The notes under the pieces: model-generated
What the model was told of the DNA's origin: nothing
What the model saw: the letters and a program-made list of their open reading frames with translations, nothing else
The model's database searches: none
Translations under genes and position numbers: made by a program
Shown: positions 25,048-37,000 of the stretch, one piece after another
Layout of the letters: each line of letters opens with the position of its first letter
How positions within the stretch are numbered: position 1 is the first letter of the stretch
Origin: Botryllus schlosseri
Taxonomy: Eukaryota
NCBI GenBank assembly: GCA_051294905.1
Contig: CM119371.1
Coordinates: 26,476,001 to 26,540,000, forward strand
Length of the DNA stretch: 64,000 bases
Direction of reading: 5' to 3'

Positions 25048-28000
25048 CTGTAGGATAGAAGAAGGAAGATGGTGTAATCGTGACTATTAGTATCATACAA
25101 TTAAATCAATATTCACATTTTACCGTATGGTGCCGACAAAAATGCAATGAATAGATCTCTGCTAAAATGCACGTCGTACTATGCAGCACTAAGTAGTATG
25201 TAAACGTTTCGTTTGGTCCATAATATAACAAAACGCCTTCGTCAAAAACAGTGGCGGGAAACCTCTCAGGTCGGTTTACCTGATATGAGAAAATGAAGTA
25301 CTTGGTGGGCCGGATTGCAGAATCGATACATTGATCGCGTATTTATTCACCTATACAAGGAATAACTCTAATCTATTGTAAACTTCAAGTTTGAAGCATA
25401 GAGGTCAAAAACAGTACTTAATGAATTTAATAATCTAATGTTCCTCAATAGCTGTTGAGGTCAATCAGACATCTGTGCTCGAAAGTTGTCAACAAGTGCT
25501 TTGAACTCTAGCTGCATGTCGGCTGTAGAAACCCTTAGTAAAGACTGCACGTGAACATCAGTAATATTGGAACGCAGCATTGTCCTATTAATGTTCATGG
25601 TCGAAAATGTCTGCTCGTAAATGTATGTAGACCCGAACAAAACAAATAGTTTCATTACCATCTTTCTCAGGTTGGTGAACTTGTATTCATTCCATGACAC
25701 ATTAAATTTGTCAATACTTTCAAATAGGAATTTCACTTTCAGGGGTATAAACTCTCTGCGGGCCGCTGAAAATCCCTTTGCGGGCCGTATGTTGCCCGCC
25801 CATGCTCTAAAATCTTGGGCCGGGAAGGATGTATTCCTGCTCCATTTCAAAATAAATAAAAATAATAGGTTGCATGAAACGTGTTCTCTAATATCTACGT
25901 GAAGGCTGATCCGCATACAACAATATTAAAACACACTGGAGACTGCGTAAAACCTATAGGCACAGATATAGCGTTGCTGCGGTAATATCCATCATATTCA
26001 AACCGATTACAAAAAAGTATTTGCGTCTGGACGTTTACCGTAGGAGTTTCGTTCCATAAATGACAAATATCCCTCTTTGCAATGGACATGTTTTCCACAT
26101 GCAAAACTTCATTTCAACTGTTCTGATGCGCTCAAGAAAGCATAACGTTACTTGTGTATGTGCAAGACATTTGGATATCAGTTAATCAATTTTTTTTACC
26201 GTTTTTCCTCCAGCGCCACTTTTTACAAATTGAGTAGTTCAAGCGCCCCTATTTGAAGGACTCATGCAGTAAGAACCATTGGGTAAATGGTGGAAGTTCG
26301 ATAGGTCTTTTCGGGTTGTGACTTCACTATAGGAAATATTCCATGCTTTACCGCGCCCGAATTAACGATTTATTACAGTAATTGTATGTGGTATATTCGG
26401 GATCAAATCAAGGTCTTTATAACAACAATCTGGTTCGAGCCCGATGTACACATCTCTAATTCACCTATCCCATTGGTTAAATGTATTGCGTTTTGATTTA
26501 TTGCTTTTTGTGACTAGTAAATCAACACAGAATGTGGTAGATATCTTTGCTGACATTGAATTTAGTACAGAAACCTGCTCTTAACTTTACCATAAATTTA
26601 TTTCCAACAAAGTAACCGATATTATGTAACGTTCGTGCGTGTTATTGGTGACAAAAATAATCAGTATCATCATTTATCATACCATGAAAGGAATTATCTG
26701 ACGATTTAATTTTGTAGCTATGAAATACAATTGTATAGGCCGATTTAGTTAATTATTATGACCTAAAAGCTTCTAAGCATATTTAATGTACAAAGGGCAT
26801 CACTCTCAGCTGCTGTACACTGGCTCTTCGATTTGGACACGCTGTGCGCTGAAGGATACAATACCTGGTTGGACATATTTTGTGGAAAATAACCAGAGGT
26901 AGCGTGCGGGAAGGGTTTAAACGGGGTATTGGCGGTCCAATAGTACGAAAAAATCATTTTACATAAATTATAATTTGCCACGGCATTTGTGGAAACATCG
27001 TAGGCCAGTGGTTCCTAACCTTTTTGTCTCCGTTCCCCACTTCAGATTTATTCCGACCCTCCATTCCCCACCAGGACCATAAAACGCGCGAAGCGCGAAA
27101 AAGTTATGTAACCCAAGTTTGAATCGGTCAATATGATCGGGAATTGCATATATTTTGCTATGAATTTTTTATCCCCTCTCTGCTCACGTAAACAGATTTA
27201 CCGGTAGAGCTGAGTGAGGTGTGTTGGAAAAGGTAGAACCCCTAAATGTGAATTGAACATCCTCGGCCAGAACCGTTGATATATTGACTTCGTTACATGA
27301 TGCTATTTCGTGACCTCCTATATCTGCTATGTCAAAAGATATGGAAATCAACCAAAACTAAAAGACACACACGAATTCCAAATTGGTATTGCTTTACTGA
27401 CAAATAATTTTTCTCTGCGGGATGGCATTTGTCCTGTGGGGTTCGGATCGCCAGGGCATGAACATTTAGCGCCAGCCAGTTAGCCGCCTATGGACAATTA
27501 AACATATATGTATATTTTATATCTTTCGAAGTTTTCTGTCACCACAAGGGCATTCCTTCTCGGCAAAGGTCTTCTCGCTGCTGATCGTTCTGGCACACTT
27601 CTAGGAGTCACATGTTACATGGCCTGTAACTTCATATGCCTTGATGCGTCGTGGCGCAGTAATGACCGACGCCGAAGTCTCCATTTCTAAAAAATCTAAG
27701 TATTTTCGTGGGGGAAGGTTACCCAATCATCAAGATATTTGGCAATATTAAATCGTGCGCCCAGCGCAAAAAAAAATTGAAAAAGTGACATAACTTTCCA
27801 AAATAATGCTCTCTAATTTATGTTAATTCACGAAATCATTTTGGGACCCTTCCAGCTCGATGTGGGATGCGGCAGTTTTGGTCCTGTTCCCCACTACCCA
27901 ACACTTTTGTCATCACAGAGCAGCTATTTGCTGGTTTGACTACAGAAGACACACAACCAAACCAGTACGCAAGACAATCGCTTATACCTGCAACGTAAAA

Positions 28001-31000
28001 TGTATTGTTAACTGATATCAGTAACACTCAAAATTTCGTGAAAGCGTTATTTCACGTCTAACTAGTCGTGCTGGATGCGTTTGTGACGCCATCATTGGCC
28101 GTCCAGAGTTGAAAATCAGTTTTGGTGAACAACACGCAATATAATTTTCGATGCATACATTCCGGAACAGTTAACTGGTAACGGTAGTTGCGCATGTGTC
28201 TTCGTGAATATGAAGACTGTCCTGTAGATAATTTTGAACAAAGGCGTGTATTCCCTACTAGAAACCACTGCATTCCCCACTGTTTGGGAACCACTGTGGT
28301 AGGTGGTGCGCGACGAAAAGATTCCCAGATTAGACAGATTTTTTAGAATGCTAATTTGGAATGAGAATTCCGGTCAATATAAAAATTATTTTACTATACT
28401 GTCATATGTCTCTACTCTTCTATTTACTGCGACGCCATTTTTCTTCGGCGCCTCCATATCACCACCTGAGCGTTTCCGCCCCCTTCAAAATCAAAATTGC
28501 CTCGTGGGAGGCGCGGGAGACGAGGTTAAGAACCATTGGGTTAACCCAGGGGTGGGCAAACTACGGCCCGCGGGCCACATGCGGCCCGCAACACCGTTCT
28601 GTGCGGCCCGCGAGAGTTTAAAGAAACTTAATAAAAATATTGATAAAATGCGTACTAAAAATCGAATTAACGCAGGGACTTGATTAAACTTTTTCTTAGT
28701 ATATTTCACCATGATAATTCTAAGGCAGTGGGTCTCACCTGGTGGACGCGTGCCCCTTGGGGTCATGAAAGCATCTGAAATCATCGCGAAGCTGAGCTCA
28801 AACAGAATTTTTTTTCGCGCTTCGCGCGATTTACTTCCAATTGAGATTTATTGCTCTGAATTTAGTATGAATTTCATATTTAAAATATCTCATCAATAGT
28901 CGTAACCTCCCATGCCACCAAACTATCCGTTAGGTTTGCTATTGCATCCTGGTTGCGTTTTGTGATGTGACGATAAGATGTCGCGAAATCTACATATATA
29001 GTAGAAGTGTGTTTAAAGCTAACATTGGTATCATGCTGTCAGCATTGTGTGTCCTGGAACTGAACCCAAAGCGGAATTAGTAAATATATGAACAGATCAC
29101 TGCTCATAGATTTAAATTTCAATCCTGTTCTAAGAATCGGGACAACAGACTTTCATCTCTATAGTTTTGACAAATTGGTTATTGAGGTCGACCAGCCTAC
29201 GAAATCTCGCCATTGTTTCTGGCGCGTGCCGTACGATATCATCATAGCAATGTTTGGTTTGTTTCAAATAAGCATATGTATTGTCTCAATGTCTTCACTA
29301 TATAATCAAATACCAGCAATATTGCGTTTTGGTTTATGATCTCAATTTTATATAGTGCGGCCCGCGAATGGATTCAGATTTTTGATGCGGCCCGCGAGCT
29401 CAAAAGTTTGCCCACCCCTGGGTTAACCGATTGATTATAGTAAAAATATTATCGACATAAGTATGAGAGGATGAATAGTGAAATCTATCAACCATTTTTC
29501 CGTGTCCCCGCTGATCGCGATCCGGAAACCAAACATGGGAAGAACAAAGTATATGACCTTTTGAAAATTCCGTCCTGATATCTCTCGCAAATCATCCTGA
29601 TTTATCAGCAGATATCCGGTCAATTTGATATATTCTGCATCGAATAGCATCCCATAAAATACCACTGCTGCGAGGGAAGGAAATCGTTCGAATACTAAGG
29701 TTGAATCCTGTGAAAAACAAATGTCCTCAGTCTAACTAAATATACCAAACATTACCATATCATTGCAATGTACTATTCGGTATACGTTCAGGTTCACGTT
29801 CAAGCGATTAGAACGATTATTACACACTGTTCGACTTTTTGAAACATACTTATTAAATTACCAGTGCCCCCTCTGGTTAGGAACCACTGTTCTGTAACTT
29901 TACTGGATTAGGCGTAGCAAATACCGATATAAAAAGCAAATCTTCAAATATATGACAGGACACATCGGTATCGAAAGTTTCGGCCAGCCTTCCGTGGTGA
30001 TTTTTAGCGCTTCTTCGATATACCCCCAAGATCAAAATTTACAAATGTAAAAATATATTCTTTCTTCGTGTTGGGTATGGAATATTTGGGTTGTAAGTGG
30101 GTTAGAGTTATGGTTGGGGTCAGGGTATCCCAATATTAGCGTTGTGGGTGAGAGATATTACGATTGGGGGATGACAGATATTAGGGTTGTGTGAATAACG
30201 TATATTAGGGCTGGGTGCGAGGGATATTCGGATTAGGGGTGATAAAATTCACGAAGTAACGTCTGTAACCCCCAACCTAAATATATTTTATCCTTCAACC
30301 TTAACATACTTCATTTTCCAACCCTAATATCTCTCACTCACAACCCTAAAATCCCTCCCGAACAATCCTAACATCTACCACTGACAACCCTAATATCCCT
30401 CACACACAACCCTAATATCTCTCACCCACAACCCTAATATAACTCACTCACAACCCTAATATCCCTCACCCACAACCCTAATATAACTCACCCACAACCC
30501 TAATATCTCTCACCCACAACCCTAATATCTCTCACCCACAACCCTAATATCCCTCACCCACAACCCTAATATTGATGGGATACCCTAACCAAAACCCTAA
30601 CCATAACCTTAATCCACTTCCAACCCTAATATGCCTCCCCAAAACCCTAATATCTCCCACTCAAAACCCTAACCCTGACCCACTTCCCACTCTAATATCC
30701 AGCACCCACAACTCCAATCCCATCCCAATCCCAACACGAAGTAGGATTTATCTTTTCGTTTATAAATTGTGATCTCGGTGGTACATCGAAGAAGCGCCGA
30801 TTTTTTTGCAAAAGTGTCTCATTCTGGACGAACCCCAATTGGTCTGGATGCATGGTGGCGCGAATATGGTGGTGGTCGTGTATGTACATTTTGCGTTTTT
30901 TCTTTTTTCATTTTTCTATTTTTAGTAGGACATTACCTACATTAAAACACAAAGATATAGTGACTCTAAATCACACGAAGCGAAGCTTGGAAGTCGCTTA

Positions 31001-34000
31001 AATGAGACAATGACGTAACAAATGTTTTAAAATAATGCCTGTTGCTTTAGTGATACATAAAATTACGTGAATGTGTAGATAAAAGGGAAGGGAAAATGTG
31101 TGCGGTCGGATTCAAGCACTAACGTCCAATCACTGTGATATTTATATCATTTTGATATCTGACCCTTATGTTGAAATGCCCTTCAATGCCGCTGCTTATC
31201 TTGATAACATCTCCATCGTTTTTCATTTCCAAACGTTCTGCTTCTGCAGTCAGCCAGAGAACCTTAATATTGGTTGGATGAGAATCTTGAAATCGTAAAA
31301 ACTATCGATCATCGATTATGTAACGTTAATTCATATATCAAATACTGGGGTGACATAGACTCCATCACGTGGTCAAATACCGGACATAGGAAATAGGACA
31401 TTCATAAAAATTCGTGAACCGCATGAAGCTGTGATATAACTAGCATCATTTAATAACAGGACCATACAAAAACCCTACACTTGCGAGCAGCAGTCACTGT
31501 AAACCGGTAACGGTAGATATCCTGGGTATACATGACAGGTTCGAGGCCGGACGGGTGAAGAAACATCGAAAATGATGCGAATCAATCAATGACAAATTAA
31601 TAGGAACCAGAGACATCGTGGAATCTAACTGACTTCCCAATTCATTTTTCCAGATAACGATGCAATCCGCTCATGTCCAAGAAGTGACCGTAGTGCTGTT
31701 GCCGACAAATTGTTGCCACTCAAATTTACTCTGAAAACCTGAAAAGATGTAGATACATTTTTCGAAATGATGATGCAACGCAAATGTGAATGTCAAATCA
31801 AATCATCTAAAATCATCAGCGCCACAATACAAATTCTATAGAGCAGATTTTGAAATTTATTTTTGTTTTGAATACAGCCCCATACGTAACATTTGTCCAT
31901 GTTGGTGGTTTTCAAATGGATCAAATACATTTTCTGCTGCATTTAGCCTTCAGGTTTAAATACGTGAAACTCGAAAAGGTTCGGTCAAGGCACGAACCGT
32001 TACAGGAATTAGCTTGATAAACGACTAGTGTTGATTTCAGATGATTCTATTACAGATACATGGAACAGTTGCAATCTCTAGTAATCACTGCTTAATAAAT
32101 TAGACTGGTGCCGAAACTCTTTACGGAATCCCACGAGGTTATCAGTCAATCTAAACTTCTCAGTTCTGGAACCTACGTGAATCGGATCTTTTAGACATCT
32201 CGCAATCATCCACAACAGCTCGTCGTCGATATTGCAGTCTTCCAAATTCAAAGAATCGAGGCCATTATTTCTTGATGCAAGCGAACCAACGATATGGGCT
32301 TCATCACGACTTAGTGAGATGAACGATGCATCGATTACGGAAATACTGTTCATCAGAACGTCGTTGTCTGATTCATAAACTGCTGTATATAGCTCCATGC
32401 GAATGTAATTGTCGCTGTCTTTAGTCTTCTCCTCGAGATGCGAACGAATGGAACGAATAAGAACTTGTTGTTTCTTTGTCTGATCTGAGACTATAAAATC
32501 AATAAATGTACTTAGCTATATGACCGGTACAATCTGATATTATGGGCTTTCAAAAATATAATCAAAGGATGTATGTAACTAATAGGACGTAAGCATGCAA
32601 CTCGATATTATGAATTAGAAATTCAATTTGATGAAAATTTCTACTGTCTTTCTTAATATCATGATGTAAGAAAAAATACTATTTTGTCGGTAGAGAATAA
32701 TTGTCATTTTTTGTTTGCCTATGCCAAATCGACATGAAAAATCAAATCTCAATAAGACCATGACAACTTCGGGTAAGAGTTACTGAGCCAACTTCAAATC
32801 CATATTAGGGGATAATTCCAGGTCTAATCGAGCAAAAAATGAGATTTGGCCTTGATCAAGTTCCAGGTTTAGCTGAAACGTGTTTCAAACATTGTGAAGT
32901 CTAACTGCGCCAATATCAATTTATTTCAAATGTATTACAAAATAATTTTCAGGTTATCTCTTGATGAAAACGAGCCTTTGATGCTTACTGAACCGTGGAA
33001 TTGAAGGGCTTTTTTAAACAGACTTGAAATGGTTTTTAATTGAGCAACTTTAACTGCAAAAAGTTTTTTTTGTGGTATGGATTTATTTGCTCCATCATTT
33101 TTTATCATACACGTAAATTTTTATGATTTTTGGTGATCGGCTTCAGGACCAAGCTCAAATTAATGGTCATTGCCTTCCACTTCAGTCATTCCACGCATAA
33201 CAATATTTAGGAGTCATCCTCTTATTTTTCGTCAACTTCAAAATTCTTGTGAAGGGTTTCATATGAAAGCTTTTGTGACATATAATGTTAGGGTAATGAG
33301 ATCTATGTATTATTGACTTCCAAAATGGTGAAAACAGTGCATATTTCATCATCATTGATGATTTTTCCGCCGATTATTCTCATAATAATCGAAATTACCT
33401 AAATATTGTGAATATCTTATAATCATTCGTTAAACTAATCAATCATCTTGTGTTGATGAAATAAAATAGCTTTTGGTGAAAAAGACCTTCGTTTTTAGAA
33501 GCACAATAACAGGATTTCATTATTTAATACAAAATATTAATTAATCTCACAAAGTCACAACCAAATATTGAACTTGTTGGCTGCTTATTTTTATTGATTT
33601 AAGCCATACTAAATCTGAAAAGAATTGTTCCCAACTCACGGAGAAATTCCGTGTTACACAGTGTTATACGTGATTCTATTTACAAAAGTGATAACCATTT
33701 TTTAGTCACCAGCATCTCGAGATTCGCGGACAGAGGAAGCAAATAATGTATGCTAATTTAGCGGAATGTAAGTTTACAATCACTTACGTAGGCAGTTAAT
33801 TTCATTGTATACAGGTCATTATGAAAGCTATACCACTTGGAACCTTTCCGCGGGCAGACTACAATTGGCCCAAATAAACATCCAACAACTAGCGCGAGTT
33901 TATGAAGTTGTCGGAATGTTTGCGGCAACTCATTAGTGTTGTAGCAGAGAAAATCAAATACGATCAGAAAGAGTTCAATGTATGATTTCAGACCTCTGTA

Positions 34001-37000
34001 AAGATCATTTCTTGATTTAGAGAAAACAACGCCTGTTACGAATCGTCGCACGACGGACCATCGTTCTTTATGGAGATGTTGATCATTGAAGCAAAAGAAT
34101 TCGTTGAAATCCATCTCCGTTACAAAGATCGCTGCCAGGTATTCTTGAACGCTTTGGTGGCAAAAGAAGAATGTGAAATCTCCTTGCATCAAATGCCGGC
34201 TTAGTAGATTTTTTCCCGGAACTTTCGTCATTAAATCTTGGACTTCCTCTGCGGAAACGTCGAAAAATTTCAAGTCTGTCTCTTTGAATACGACTCTTCC
34301 TTCTTTCATGCCTTGGAATGCCATTGCCTTCAGTTTGTTGACTATGGATAAAATTTGCTCCCGATTTCGAATGTTTTCTACGCTTTGCAGAGCTAATATG
34401 ATCCTGTTGTACAACTCTGTCACTGTTGTTGGAGGAGGTTTCCTCGGATCCCTCCCCATCACAACTGCCGTTAGAATCAGGAAAACAGGCACCGATATTA
34501 AACTGAGCAATCTTGGAGACATAGCTTCAATTTTCTGCCAGAGATCATTGCCATTTTCCCCTAACAGAAAGGCGAAGAATTTCTGCGCGTCTTTCAACGT
34601 AAGACCATTCAGCGTAATGATGGTTTCTGGTCTCGCCAACGCCGGTAATTCCGAAACCTTGAACTCGCGCGAAGCTATGTAGACTTTAACTTGACGTAGG
34701 ATATTTTTGGATAGAATGTTGTACATGACAGTCCAAGAGCTTGCTTTTTCGTATTTCTTTATTTTTCGTGGATTTTCCATGTCAAAATTCCATCTTGCTT
34801 GATCAAGCCCGTCAAAAATTATTATTGCCTCTGATTGGTGGTTATCTAGCCATTCGAATGCTATATCTTCTTCCTCTTCGTTTTGGTAAAGGCCGCCAAA
34901 CAAAAATTTGGACGGTTTAATTTTGCGTACGTCAACCATATCCTTCAACTCAATATAATGTATCATTTTTTTATTGTAAGACGGCAGATCTTCAATCTTT
35001 TCTCTCGCAGAGGTTATACCAAGAGCTTGCCGAGCAATTCGGCGTGTAAGTGTGGATTTTCCCGATCCCGCAGATGCTACAATAGCAGTTACGCCTACAG
35101 GTTGTGACGAGCTTAATCCCTCGTTCTGCCATATGGAAGCCATGACGTCTGCTATTTCGATCATTTTAGCGTCAATTTTGTCTTGACGGAAGAACCCAAC
35201 TTCCTTTGTCACCTGATCATGGTCAAGTTGAAATTCGTGAAAGCTGTTCCTACTATAGCGACCTTTATAATAATCGTGAACGTCAACTTGTCGCATCTGC
35301 GGGTAAACTTCGAAGTCAGGTTTCTCAAGCTCCTCATGCTTGAAGTCATCAAGAACGTCAATTGCCGTCACGACTTTAGTATTTTCGTTGCAAATTTGTA
35401 TGACTTTTTCACAGCCGATAGCTGAAAAAGTAGATATGGAAAAACTACAAATCTACATTTCGTACAATTTATCGGGCAATCGTTCTCATATGGTAGCTCG
35501 TGCGAATCCTGATAACGTTCGGTTTACGTTTGCTACGGGAATCTAGACGAATCAGAAGTTTGCAATCACAAACGGACCTTGATATTCTCAATATCAGTGA
35601 TCAAAATTCCTCTAATTTTCAACTTATTGTCGTTTGTACCACAGACATTCACACAATCTTATTGAGGAAATGAAGAAGAGATGTTTCCTTTTTGTCAATA
35701 GAAGGTAGGTCTAGCAGTTGATTTGAAGAAAGCCATGTTTGGGTTCTAAAATTTTTACCGAAGCACTAATGCTGCCTGAAGTCCACCGAATACCTCCGGT
35801 GAAACGTTCTTCTATCTCGTGATCATGTTGTTTCAAACACTGTTACAAAGCTGGCGAAAAAGAATCTATCCGAATAATAGCCTCGAGTATCGCATTAAAA
35901 AACGATGTTTGTGGGTCCAGAGCTTGAAGTTATATGAGTGACTCCTCTCCGTGAAGAAGACAGAGCCAATGACGGATTTGAGAGCTCTCTAGAGGACATC
36001 TACTATTCACAATTTATCAAGTAGAAGTGTTATATTTCTCCAAAGAAAGAAAGCGAGACGGAGGATTTCAAATTCTGTTTTTGGCGGAGTACCGACAAGA
36101 ATTTAATTTTCACAAAAATTAAGAAAATCACATATTTCTGGTCACGCATCGCACAAAGTAGATATGAAGTGACAACTTTGTTCTAATGAAAGTACCGGTG
36201 TATTAAATTTCGATAGCAGGCTACGTGGTTACGTCCGTTCACAATGCATTGTCGTTTATAGGACATATTTCATGACAGTGAATATGCTTCAACAAAACGT
36301 TTGGATCTACTTCTTCGTAATGTAGCATCAAATGATCATATCGTAAATTTTATAGTAATATATTCTGTTTTAGCAGACCACTGATGAAGCTTTCCGAGCA
36401 AAAGACATGGAATATATATTCCCCTTTCAAATAGTTGTATTTCCCTTTACTGAAGACTATGATTCCTAAACTTTTTTGTTTGGAGAACATTATTGATGAA
36501 GTTTAAAATCAAGTACGGTATTGCCACTATTTTCCAGAAATAAAATTGAAGTGTGTGGTATCTTTACGACCTAATCTAGTTTATTATTAACGTATTTTAG
36601 TCGCACAAAGCGTATAAAACTTCTGCGTATTGCTCTTCGTCAAAACTACTGGCCATATAATAAGGGGTGATGCCATGACATTTTCGCAAACATGGCACTG
36701 CGGTAAAGAAATGAAAATAATGCAGCAGAACCATCATTTGCATCCCATGATGCAGTCGAATGCTTTCGCTGTCGAAAATCTCTACGTCCTTGGATTCATT
36801 ATTCTGAATCATGTTCTTTGCACCTTCCGCATAGCTCAATCTACATATTTGGCAGTCCATGTGAGCGTTATATGAGTGTTTTCACAGCTATCTGCTTACT
36901 TGAAGAGACTTCAAGCAACTCTATTCTACTTCCACTTCAAGTAGATATAGGTTGCTTTTAAAAGCACTACTTCTATTTGTACTCAAGTGGATTTTGCGTC

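Noticed and set aside
26040..26870. Extra NLR exons (26040-26110 EVLHVENMSIAKRDI..., and 26763-26865)
   Set aside because: Donors look plausible, but the first has no clean in-phase acceptor and the second ends in TAG. The model is in frame without them. They could be decayed exons.
30320..30700. Interstitial telomere
   Set aside because: The unit is a 22-mer containing AACCCTAA inside inverted termini, not a (TTAGGG)n tract.
34173..34682. 169-aa plus-strand ORF
   Set aside because: Antisense shadow of the NACHT exon.
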